64,000 bases of DNA from Amphiscolops sp. MND2022 (Eukaryota). Of the stretch, positions 1 through 12,899 are shown in pieces. The stretch is taken from contig OZ076415.1 of NCBI GenBank assembly GCA_964187785.1, positions 47,492,001 through 47,556,000 of the forward strand. The letters run 5' to 3'. The notes beneath the pieces were generated by a model, which was not told the DNA's origin, did no database searches, and was given only the letters and a program-made list of their open reading frames with translations. The translations under genes were made by a program, and so were the position numbers. How positions within the stretch are numbered: the first letter of the stretch is position 1; each line of letters opens with the position of its first letter.

Positions 1-3000
1 AACACAGTTCACAGAAGCAGTCAAACCAAAAACTAACATTAAAGAAAAAGCAGAGAGCAAAAAGTGAAAAGTTGAATCAAATTCAGACACTGATGACATC
101 ATTGTTCAGATCCGTCTTGAAACACACATCACACTAATATTTGACTGCAATTCAAAAAGAAAACGGCTTCTAGAGCCATGAAGTTTTACAAAGGCCAGTG
201 AAAACGAAGACAATTTGAAAAGTGGCCAGGCGCACTAATGATTCATCGAATGGAATTCAGATATTGAGAGCATCATTGTTCAGACCCTTCTTAAAGACAT
301 CACAATGGTAAATGACTGAAAATTTAAAGGAAACAGGTTACTAGAATCAACACAGTTCACAAAAGCAGTCAAACAGAAAACGAACGTTTCTAGAGAAAAG
401 GCAGACAGCAAAAAATGAAAAGTCGAATCAAATTCAGATACTGATGACATCATTGTTCAGATCCGTCTTCAAACACATCACACTATTACTTGACTGAAAT
501 TCAAAAAGAAAACGGCTTCTAGAGCCATGAAGTTTCACAAAAACCAGTGAAAACGAAGACAATTTGAAAAGTGGCCAGGCGCCCTAATGATTCATCGAAA
601 TGAATTCAGATATTGAGAGCATCATTGTTCAGACCCTTCTTAAAGACATCACAATGATTGTTGACTGAAATCTTAATGGAAACAGGCATCATGGTTCACA
701 GAAGCAGTCAAACAGAAAACGAACGTTTCTAGAGAAAAAGCAGACAGCATAAAATGAATAGTCGAATCAAATGCAGATCTGATGATATCATTGTTCAGAT
801 CCGTCTTGAAACACACATCACACTAATATTTGACAGGAATTCAGAAGGAAAACGGTTCTAGAGCTATGAAGTTTCACAAAGGCCAGTGAAAACGAAGACA
901 ATTTGAAAAGTGGCCAGGCGCACTAATGATTCATCGATTGGAATTCAGATATTGATAGCATCAGTGTTCAGACCCGTCTTAAAGACATCACAATGATAGT
1001 TGACTGAAAGCTTAATGGAAACAGGCTACTAGAATCAACACAGTTCACAAAAGCAGTCACAGAAAACGAAGTTTCTAGATAAAATGCAGACAGCAAAAAA
1101 AGTCGAATCAAAATCAGATACCGATGACATCATTGTTCAGATCCGCCTTGAAACACACATCAAATGTTTGACTGAAATTCAGAAGGAAACGGCTTCTAGA
1201 GCCATGAAGTTTCACAAAGGCCAGTGAAAACGAAGACAATTCGAAAAGTGGGCAGGCGCACTAATGATTTATCGAATGGAAATCAGATATTGAGAGCATC
1301 ATTGTTCAGATCCGTCTTGAACACATCACAATGATAGTTGACTGAAATTTTATTGGAAACAGGCTGCTAGAATCAACACAGTTCACAGAAGCAGTCAAAC
1401 CAAAAACTAACATTAAAGAAAAAGCAGAGAGCAAAAAGTGAAAAGTTGAATCAAATTCAGACACTGATGACATCATTGTTCAGATCCGTCTTGAAACACA
1501 CATCACACTAATATTTGACTGCAATTCAAAAAGAAAACGGCTTCTAGAGCGATGAAGGTTCACGAAGGCCAGTTAAAACGAAGACAATTTGAAAAGTGGC
1601 CAGGTGCAATAATGATTTATCGACTGGAATTCAGATATTGAGAGCATCATTGTTCAGACCCGTCTCAAAGACATCACAATGATAGTTGACTGAAATTTTA
1701 TTGGAAACAGGTTGCTAGAATCAACACAGTTCACAGAAGCAGTCAAACCAAAAACGAACATTAAAGAAAAAGCAGAGAGCAAAAAGTGAAAAATTGAATC
1801 AAATTCAGACACTGATGACATCATTGTTCAGATGCGTCTTGAAACACACATCACACTAATATTTGACTGCAATTCAAAAAGAAAACGGCTTCTAGAGCCA
1901 TGAAGGTTCACGAAGGCCAGTTAAAACGAAGACAATTTGAAAAGTGGCCAGGTGCAATAATGATTTATTGACTGGAATTCAGATATTGAGAGCATCATTG
2001 TTCAGACCCGTCTTGAAGACATCACAATGACAGTTGACTGAAATTTTAATGGAAACAGGATACTAGAATCAACCAGTTCACAGAAGCAGTCAAACCAAAA
2101 ACGAACATTAAAGAAAAAACAGAGCAAAAATTGAAAAGTTGAATCAAATTCAGATACTGATGACATCATTGTTCAGATCCGTCTTGAAACACACATCACT
2201 AATATTTGACTGCAATTCAAAAGGAAAACGGCTTCTAAAGCCATGAAGTTTTACAAAGGCCAGTGAAAACGAAGACAATTTGAAAAGTGGCCAGGCGCAC
2301 TAATGATTCATCGAATGGAATTCAGATATTGAGAGCATCATTGTTCAGACCCTTCTTAAAGACATCACAATGGTAAATGACTGAAAATTTAAAGGAAACA
2401 GGCTACTAGAATCAACACAGTTCACAAAAGCAGTCAAACAGAAAACGAACGTTTCTAGAGAAAAGGCAGACAGCAAAAAATGAAAAGTCGAATCAAATTC
2501 AGATACTGATGACATCTTTGTTCAGATCCGTCTTCAAACACACATCACACTATTATTTGACTGAAATTCAAAAAGAAAACGGCTTCTAGAGCCATGAAGG
2601 TTCACGAAGGCCAGTTACAACGAAGACAATTTGAAAAGTGGCCAGGTGCAATAATGATTTATCGACTGGAATGCAGATATTGATAGCATCAGAGTTCAGA
2701 CCCGTCTTAAAGACATCACAATGATAGTTGACTGAAAGCCTAATGGAAACAGGCTACTAGAATCAACACAGTTCACAAAAGCAGTCACAGAAAACGAAGT
2801 TTCTAGATATAATGCAGACAGCAAAAAAGTCGAATCAAAATCAGATACCGATGACATCATTGTTCAGATCCGCCTTGAAACACACATCAAATGTTTGACT
2901 GAAATTCAGAAGGAAACGGCTTCTAGAGCCATGAAGTTTCACAAAGGCCAGCGAAAACGAAGACAATTCGAAAAGTGGGCAGGCGCACTAATCATTTATC

Positions 3001-6000
3001 GAATGGAAATCAGATATTGAGAGCATCATTGTTCAGACCCGTCTTGAACACATCACAATGATTGTTGACTGAAATTTTATTGGAAACAGGCTGCTAGAAT
3101 CAACACAGTTCACAGAAGCAGTCAAACCAAAAACTAACATTAAAGAAAAAGCAGAGAGCAAAAAGTGAAAAGTTGAATCAAATTCAGACACTGATGACAT
3201 CATTGTTCAGATCCGTCTTGAAACACACATCACACTAATATTTGACTGCAATTCAAAAAGAAAACGGCTTCTAGAGCCATGAAGGTTCACGAAGGCCAGT
3301 TACAACGAAGACAATTTGAAAAGTGGCCAGGTGCAATAATGATTTATCGACTGGAATGCAGATATTGATAGCATCAGAGTTCAGACCCGTCTTAAAGACA
3401 TCACAATGATAGTTGACTGAAAGCCTAATGGAAACAGGCTACTAGAATCAACACAGTTCACAAAAGCAGTCACAGAAAACGAAGTTTCTAGATATAATGC
3501 AGACAGCAAAAAAGTCGAATCAAAATCAGATACCGATGACATCATTGTTCAGATCCGCCTTGAAACACACATCAAATGTTTGACTGAAATTCAGAAGGAA
3601 ACGGCTTCTAGAGCCACGAAGTTTCACAAAGGCCAGTGAAAACGAAGACAATTCGAAAAGTGGGCAGGCGCACTAATGATTTATCGAATGGAAATCAGAT
3701 ATTGAGAGCATCATTGTTCAGACCCGTCTTGAACACATCACAATGATAGTTGACTGAAATTTTATTGGAAACAGGCTGCTAGAATCAACACAGTTCACAG
3801 AAGCAGTCAAATCAAAAACTAACATTAAAGAAAAAGCAGAGAGCAAAAAGTGAAAAGTTGAATCAAATTCAGACACTGATGACATCATTGTTCAGATCCG
3901 TCTTGAAACACACATCACACTAATATTTGACTGCAATTCAAAAAGAAAACGGCTTCTAGAGCCATGAAGGTTCACGAAGGCCAGTTACAACGAAGACAAT
4001 TTGAAAAGTGGCCAGGTGCAAAAATGATTTATCGACTGGAATGCAGATATTGATAGCATCAGAGTTCAGACCCGTCTTAAAGACATCACAATGATAGTTG
4101 ACTGAAAGCCTAATGGAAACAGGCTACTAGAATCAACACAGTTCACAAAAGCAGTCACAGAAAACGAAGTTTCTAGATATAATGCAGACAGCAAAAAAGT
4201 CGAATCAAAATCAGATACCGATGACATCATTGTTCAGATCCGCCTTGAAACACACATCAAATGTTTGACTGAAATTCAGAAGGAAACGGCTTCTAGAGCC
4301 ACGAAGTTTCACAAAAGCCAGTGAAAACGAAGACAATTCGAAAAGTGGGCAGGCGCACTAATGATTTATCGAATGGAAATCAGATATTGAGAGCATCATT
4401 GTTCAGACCCGTCTTGAACACATCACAATGATAGTTGACTGAAATTTTATTGGAAACAGGCTGCTAGAATCAACACAGTTCACAGAAGCAGTCAAACCAA
4501 AAACTAACATTAAAGAAAAAGCAGAGAGCAAAAAGTGAAAAGTTGAATCAAATTCAGACACTGATGACATCATTGTTCAGATCCGTCTTGAAACACACAT
4601 CACACTAATATTTGACTGCAATTCAAAAAGAAAACGGCTTCTAGAGCCATGAAGGTTCACGAAGGTCAGTTAAAACGAAGACAATTTGAAAAGTGGCCAG
4701 GTGCAATAATGATTTATCGATTGGAATTCAGATATTGAGAGCATCATTGTTCAGACCCGTCTTAAAGACATCACAATGATAGTTGACTGAAATTTTATTG
4801 GAAACAGGCTGCTAGAATCAACACAGTTCACAGAAGCAGTCAAACCAAAAACGAACATTAAAGAAAAAGCAGAGAGCAAAAAGTGAAAAGTTGAATCAAA
4901 TTCAGACACTGATGACATCATTGTTCAGATGCGTCTTGAAACACACATCACACTAATATTTGACTGCAATTCAAAAAGAAAACGGCTTCTAGAGCCATGA
5001 AGGTTCACGAAGGCCAGTTAAAACGAAGACAATTTGAAAAGTGGCCAGGTGCAATAATGATTTATCGACTGGAATTCAGATATTGAGAGCATCATTGTTC
5101 AGACCCGTCTTAAAGACATCACATTGAGAGTTGACTGAAATCTTAATGGAAACAGGCTAATAGAATCAACACAGTAAACAGAAGCAGTCAAACCAAAAAC
5201 GAACGTTTCTAGATAAAAGGCTGACAGCAAAAAAAAGTCGAATCAAAATCAGATACTGATGACATCATTGTTCAGATCCGCCTTGAAACACACATCAAAT
5301 GTTTGACTGAAATTCAGAAGGAAAACGGCTTCTAGAGCCATGAAGTTTCACAAAGGCCAGTTAAAACGAAGACAATTTGAAAAGTGGCGAGGTGCAATAA
5401 TGATTTATCGACTGGAATGCAGATATTGATAGCATCAGTGTTCAGACCCGTCTTAAAGACATCACAATGATAGTTGACTGAAAACTTAATGGAAACAGGC
5501 TACTAGAATCAACACAGTTCACAAAAGCAGTCACACAGAAAACGAAGTTTCTAGATAAAATGCAGACAGCAAAAAAAAGAAGTCGAATCAAAATCAGATA
5601 CTGATGACACCATTGTTCAGATCCGCCTTGAAACACACATCAAATGTTTGACTGATATTCAGAAGGAAAACGGCTTCTAGAGCCATGAAGTTTCACAAAG
5701 GCCAGTGAAAACAAAGACAATTCGGAAAGTGGGCAGGCGCACTAATGATTTATCGAAGGAAATCAGATATTGAGAGCATCATTGTTCAGACCCGTCTTGA
5801 ACACATCACAATGATAGTTGACTGAAAATTTATTGGAAACAGGCTGCTAGAATCAACACAGTTCACAGAAGCAGTCAAACCAAAAACGAACATTAAAGAA
5901 AAAGCAGAGAGCAAAAAGTGAAATTTGAACCAAATTCAGACACTGATGACATCATTGTTCAGATCCGTCTTGAAACACACATCACACTAATATTTGACTG

Positions 6001-6941
6001 CAATTCAAAAAGGAAACGGCTTCTAGAGCCATGAAGGTTCACGAAGGCCAGTTAAAACGAAGACAATTTGAAAAGTGGCCAGGTGCAATAATGATTTATC
6101 GACTGGAATTCAGATATTAGAGCATCATTGTTCAGACCCGTCTTAAAGACATCACATTGAGAGTTGACTGAAATCTTAATGGAAACAGGCTACTAGAATC
6201 AACACAGTTCACCGAAGCAGTCAAACCAAAAACGAACGACATTAAAGAAAAAGCAGAGAGCAAAAAGTGAAAAGTTGAATCAAATTCAGACACTGATGAC
6301 ATCATTGTTCAGATCCGTCTTGAAACACACATCACACTAATACATGACTCCAAGTCAAAAAGAAAACAGTTTCTAGAGCCATGAAGGTTCGGGAGGCCAG
6401 TTAAAACGAAGACAATTTGAAAAGTGGCCAGGTGCAATAATGATTTATCGACCGGAATTCAGATATTGAGAGCATCATTGTTCAGACCCGTCTTAAAGAC
6501 ATCACAATGATAGTTGACTGAAAGCTTAATGGAAACAGGCTACTAGAATCAATACAGTTCACAAAAGCAGTCACACAGAAAACGAAGTTTCTAGATAAAA
6601 TGCAGACAGCAAAAAAAAGAAGTCGAATCAAAATCAGATACTGATGACATCATTGTTCAGATCCGCCTTGGAACACACATCAAATGTTTGACTGAAATTC
6701 AGAAGGAAAACGGCTTCTAGAGCCATGAAGTTTCACAAAGGCCAGTGAAAACGAAGACAATTCGAAAAGTGGGCAGGCGCACTAATGATTTATCGAATGG
6801 AAATCAGATATTGAGAGCATCATTGTTCAGACCCGTCTTGAACACATCACAATGATAGTTGACTGAAAATTTATTGGAAACAGGCTGCTAGAATCAACAC
6901 AGTTCACAGAAGCAGTCAAACCAAAAACGAACATTAAAGAA

Positions 6942-7573
6942 CCAGAGCCGCATGTGCGGTAAAGGAGTCGGCTTAGGTATTTTTTTCTGAAGTCGAAAAA
7001 TGGCCCTTTTTTGACCATTTTTGGGCTAATTTTGGCTATGTTTCTCACATCCCAGCCATACGATTTTGATGCCATTGCACATATAGGACTCTAATATGGT
7101 GTAGAATATCTGTAGAAAATTTCGTTCGAATCGTATGGACAGTTTTTGAGAAAATCGAAAAAAGTCGAAAAATGGCTGTTTTTTGGCCATTTTTGGGCTA
7201 ATTTTGGCTATGTTTCTCACATCCCAGCCATACGATTTTGATGCCATTGCACATATAGGACTCTAATATGGTGTAGTATAACTGTAGAAAATTTCGTTCG
7301 AATCGTATGAAGTTTTTGAGAAAATCGAAAAAAGTCGAAAAATGGCTGTTTTTTGGCCATTTTTGGGCTAATTTTGACTATGTTTCTCACATCCCAGCCA
7401 TACGATTTTGATGCCTTTGCACACGCAGGGGCCCCTTTGGGTGTGAATGACTGTGCAAAATTTCGTGAAAATCGTATGGACAGTTTTTGAGAAATTTGAA
7501 ATTTTCATGAAAAGGTCGGGAGAAAAAAAACAACACGATTGCATAAGTAGTCGAAAATTTTTTCCGACTCCTG
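6942..7573 (-). mobile_element. Non-autonomous Helentron/HINE-like element, copy 1, with internal ~172-bp tandem repeats
   Basis: Subterminal inverted repeats AGGAGTCGG (6963-6971) and CCGACTCCT (7564-7572), plus a hairpin CCGCA-TG-TGCGG near one end. It is inserted in an A/T homopolymer of the satellite spacer (cattaaagaaaaagcag) with no obvious TSD. About three internal 172-bp units, the third diverged. Confidence 0.7.
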
Positions 7574-8272
7574 AAAAGCAGAGAGCAAAAAGTGAAAAGT
7601 TGAATCAAATTCAGACACTGATGACATCATTGTTCAGATCCGTCTTGAAACACACATCACACTAATATTTGACTGCAATTCAAAAAGGAAACGGCTTCTA
7701 GAGCCATGAAGGTTCACGAAGGCCAGTTAAAACGAAGACAATTTGAAAAGTGGCCAGGTGCAATAATGATTTATCGACTGGAATTCAGATATTAGAGCAT
7801 CATTGTTCAGACCCGTCTTAAAGACATCACATTGAGAGTTGACTGAAATCTTAATGGAAACAGGCTACTAGAATCAACACAGTTCACCGAAGCAGTCAAA
7901 CCAAAAACGAACGACATTAAAGAAAAAGCAGAGAGCAAAAAGTGAAAAGTTGAATCAAATTCAGACACTGATGACATCATTGTTCAGATCCGTCTTGAAA
8001 CACACATCACACTAATATTTGACTGCAATTCAAAAAGAAAACGGCTTCTAGAGCCATGAAGGTTCACGAAGGCCAGTTAAAACGAAGACAATTTGAAAAG
8101 TGGCCAGGTGCAATAATGATTTATCGACTGGAATTCAGATATTGAGAGCATCATTGTTCAGACCCGTCTTGAACACATCACAATGATAGTTGACTGAAAA
8201 TTTATTGGAAACAGGCTGCTAGAATCAACACAGTTCACAGAAGCAGTCAAACCAAAAACGAACATTAAAGAA

Positions 8273-8906
8273 CCAGAGCCGCATGTGCGGTAAAGGAGTC
8301 GGCTTAGGTATTTTTTTCTGAAGTCGAAAAATGGCCCTTTTTTGACCATTTTTGGGCTAATTTTGGCTATGTTTCTCACATCCCAGCCATACGATTTTGA
8401 TGCCATTGCACATATAGGACTCTAATATGGTGTAGAATATCTGTAGAAAATTTCGTTCGAATCGTATGGACAGTTTTTGAGAAAATCGAAAAAAGTCGAA
8501 AAATGGCTGTTTTTTGGCCATTTTTGGGCTAATTTTGGCTATGTTTCTCACATCCCAGCCATACGATTTTGATGCCATTGCACATATAGGACTCTAATAT
8601 GGTGTAGAATAACTGTAGAAAATTTCGTTCGAATCGTATGAACAGTTTTTGAGAAAATCGAAAAAAGTCGAAAAATGGCTGTTTTTTGGCCATTTTTGGG
8701 CTAATTTTGACTATGTTTCTCACATCCCAGCCATACGATTTTGATGCCTTTGCACACGCAGGGGCCCCTTTGGGTGTGAATGACTGTGCAAAATTTCGTG
8801 AAAATCGTATGGACAGTTTTTGAGAAATTTGAAATTTTCATGAAAAGGTCGGGAGAAAAAAAACAACACGATTGCATAAGTAGTCGAAAATTTTTTCCGA
8901 CTCCTG
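8273..8906 (-). mobile_element. HINE-like element, copy 2
   Basis: Near-identical to copy 1, at the same satellite position, offset ~1331 bp. Confidence 0.7.
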
Positions 8907-9605
8907 AAAAGCAGAGAGCAAAAAGTGAAAAGTTGAATCAAATTCAGACACTGATGACATCATTGTTCAGATCCGTCTTGAAACACACATCACACTAATA
9001 TTTGACTGCAATTCAAAAAGGAAACGGCTTCTAGAGCCATGAAGGTTCACGAAGGCCAGTTAAAACGAAGACAATTTGAAAAGTGGCCAGGTGCAATAAT
9101 GATTTATCGACTGGAATTCAGATATTAGAGCATCATTGTTCAGACCCGTCTTAAAGACATCACATTGAGAGTTGACTGAAATCTTAATGGAAACAGGCTA
9201 CTAGAATCAACACAGTTCACCGAAGCAGTCAAACCAAAAACGAACGACATTAAAGAAAAAGCAGAGAGCAAAAAGTGAAAAGTTGAATCAAATTCAGACA
9301 CTGATGACATCATTGTTCAGATCCGTCTTGAAACACACATCACACTAATATTTGACTGCAATTCAAAAAGAAAACGGCTTCTAGAGCCATGAAGGTTCAC
9401 GAAGGCCAGTTAAAACGAAGACAATTTGAAAAGTGGCCAGGTGCAATAATGATTTATCGACTGGAATTCAGATATTGAGAGCATCATTGTTCAGACCCGT
9501 CTTGAACACATCACAATGATATTTGACTGAAAATTTATTGGAAACAGGCTGCTAGAATCAACACAGTTCACAGAAGCAGTCAAACCAAAAACGAACATTA
9601 AAGAA

Positions 9606-10239
9606 CCAGAGCCGCATGTGCGGTAAAGGAGTCGGCTTAGGTATTTTTTTCTGAAGTCGAAAAATGGCCCTTTTTTGACCATTTTTGGGCTAATTTTGGC
9701 TATGTTTCTCACATCCCAGCCATACGATTTTGATGCCATTGCACATATAGGACTCTAATATGGTGTAGAATATCTGTAGAAAATTTCGTTCGAATCGTAT
9801 GGACAGTTTTTGAGAAAATCGAAAAAAGTCGAAAAATGGCTGTTTTTTGGCCATTTTTGGGCTAATTTTGGCTATGTTTCTCACATCCCAGCCATACGAT
9901 TTTGATGCCATTGCACATATAGGACTCTAATATGGTGTAGAATAACTGTAGAAAATTTCGTTCGAATCGTATGAACAGTTTTTGAGAAAATCGAAAAAAG
10001 TCGAAAAATGGCTGTTTTTTGGCCATTTATGGGCTAATTTTGACTATGTTTCTCACATCCCAGCCATACGATTTTGATGCCTTTGCACACGCAGGGGCCC
10101 CTTTGGGTGTGAATGACTGTGCAAAATTTCGTGAAAATCGTATGGACAGTTTTTGAGAAATTTGAAATTTTCATGAAAAGGTCGGGAGAAAAAAAACAAC
10201 ACGATTGCATAAGTAGTCGAAAATTTTTTCCGACTCCTG
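9606..10239 (-). mobile_element. HINE-like element, copy 3
   Basis: Near-identical to copies 1-2, offset 1333 bp, same insertion junctions. Confidence 0.7.
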
Positions 10240-10933
10240 AAAAGCAGAGAGCAAAAAGTGAAAAGTTGAATCAAATTCAGACACTGATGACATCATTGTT
10301 CAGATCCGTCTTGAAACACACATCACACTAATATTTGACTGCAATTCAAAAAGGAAACGGCTTCTAGAGCCATGAAGGTTCACGAAGGCCAGTGAAAACG
10401 AAGACAATTTGAAAAGTGGCCAGGTGCAATAATGATTTATCGACTGGAATTCAGATATTGAGAGCATCATTGTTCAGACCCGTCTTAAAGACATCACAAT
10501 GATAGTTGACTGAAAGCTTAATGGAAACAGGCTACTAGAATCAATACAGTTGACAAAAGCAGTCACACAGAAAACGAAGTTTCTAGATAAAATGCAGACA
10601 GCAAAAAAAAGAAGTCGAATCAAAATCAGATACTGATGACATCATTGTTCAGATCCGCCTTGGAACACACATCAAATGTTTGACTGAAATTCAGAAGGAA
10701 AACGGCTTCTAGAGCCATGAAGTTTCACAAAGGCCAGTGAAAACGAAGACAATTCGAAAAGTGGGCAGGCGCACTAATGATTTATCGAATGGAAATCAGA
10801 TATTGAGAGCATCATTGTTCAGACCCGTCTTGAACACATCACAATGATAGTTGACTGAAAATTTATTGGAAACAGGCTGCTAGAATCAACACAGTTCACA
10901 GAAGCAGTCAAACCAAAAACGAACATTAAAGAA

Positions 10934-11568
10934 CCAGAGCCGCATGTGCGGTAAAGGAGTCGGCTTAGGTATTTTTTTCTGAAGTCGAAAAATGGCCCTT
11001 TTTTGACCATTTTTGGGCTAATTTTGGCTATGTTTCTCACATCCCAGCCATACGATTTTGATGCCATTGCACATATAGGACTCTAATATGGTGTAGAATA
11101 TCTGTAGAAAATTTCGTTCGAATCGTATGGACAGTTTTTGAGAAAATCGAAAAAAGTCGAAAAATGGCTGTTTTTTGGCCATTTTTGGGCTAATTTTGGC
11201 TATGTTTCTCACATCCCAGCCATACGATTTTGATGCCATTGCACATATAGGACTCTAATATGGTGTAGAATAACTGTAGAAAATTTCGTTCGAATCGTAT
11301 GGACAGTTTTTGAGAAAATCGAAAAAAGTCGAAAAATGGCTGTTTTTTGGCCATTTTTGGGCTAATTTTGGCTATGTTTCTCACATCCCAGCCTTACGAT
11401 TTTGATGCCTTTGCACACGCAGGGGCCCCTTTGGGTGTAGAATGACTGTGCAAAATTTCGTGAAAATCGTATGGACAGTTTTTGAGAAATTTGAAATTTT
11501 CATGAAAAGGTCGGGAGAAAAAAAAACAACACGATTGCATAAGTAGTCGAAAATTTTTTCCGGCTCCT
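10934..11568 (-). mobile_element. HINE-like element, copy 4
   Basis: Same element and junctions, with a few substitutions (ccggctcct right end). Confidence 0.7.
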
Positions 11569-12899
11569 AAAAAGCAGAGAGCAAAAAGTGAAAAGTTGAA
11601 TCAAATTCAGACACTGATGACATCATTGTTCAGATCCGTCTTGAAACACACATCACACTAATATTCGACTGCAATTCAAAAAGGAAACGGCTTCTAGAGC
11701 CATGAAGGTTCACGAAGGCCAGTGAAAACGAAGACAATTTGAAAAGTGGCCAGGTGCAATAATGATTTATCGACTGGAATTCCGATATTGAGAGCATCAT
11801 TGTTCAGACCCGTCTTAAAGACATCACATTGAGAGTTGACTGAAATCTTAATGGAAACAGGCTACTAGAATCAACACAGTTCACAAAAGCAGTCACACAG
11901 AAAACGAACGTTTCTAGATAAAAGGCAGACAGCAAAAAATGAAGTCGAATCAACTTCAGATACTGATGACATCATTGTTCAGATCCGTCTTGAAACACAC
12001 ATCACACTAATATTTGACTGCAATTCAAAAAGAAAACAGCTTCTAGAGCCATGAAGGTTCACGAAGGCCAGTTACAACGAAGACAATTTGAAAAATGGCC
12101 AGGTGCAATAATGATTTATCGACAAGAATGCAGATATTGATACCATCAGTGTTCAGACCCGTCTTAAAGACATCACAATGATAGTTGACTGAAAGCTTAA
12201 TGGAAACAGGCTACTAGAATCAACACAGTTCACAAAAGCAGTCACACAGAAAACGAAGTTTCTAGATAAAATGCAGACAGCAAAAAAGTCGAATCAAAAT
12301 CAGATACTGATGACATCATTGTTCAGATCCGCCTTGAAACACACATCAAATGTTTGACTGAAATTCAGAAGGAAAACGGCTTCTAGAGCCATGAAGTTTC
12401 ACAAAGGCCAGTGAAAACGAAGACAATTCGAAAAGTGGGCAGGCGCACTAATGATTCATCGAATGTCTTGAACACATCACAATGATAGTTGACTGAAATT
12501 TTATTGGAAACAGGCTGCTAGAAGCAACACAGTTCATAGAATCAGTCAAACCAAAAACGAACATTAAAGAAAAAGCAGAGAGCAAAAAGTGAAAAGTTGA
12601 ATCAAATTCAGACACTGATGACATCATTGTTCAGATCCGTCTTGAAACACACATCACACTAATATTTGACTGCAATTCAAAAAGGAAACGGCTTCTAGAG
12701 CCATGAAGGTTCACGAAGGCCAGTTAAAACGAAGACAATTTGAAAAGTGGCCAGGTGCAATAATGATTTATCGACTGGAATTCAGATATTGAGAGCATCA
12801 TTGTTCAGACCCATCTTAAAGACATCACATTGAGAGTTGACTGAAATCTTAATGGAAACAGGCTACTAGAATCAACACAGTTCACAGAAGCAGTCAAAC

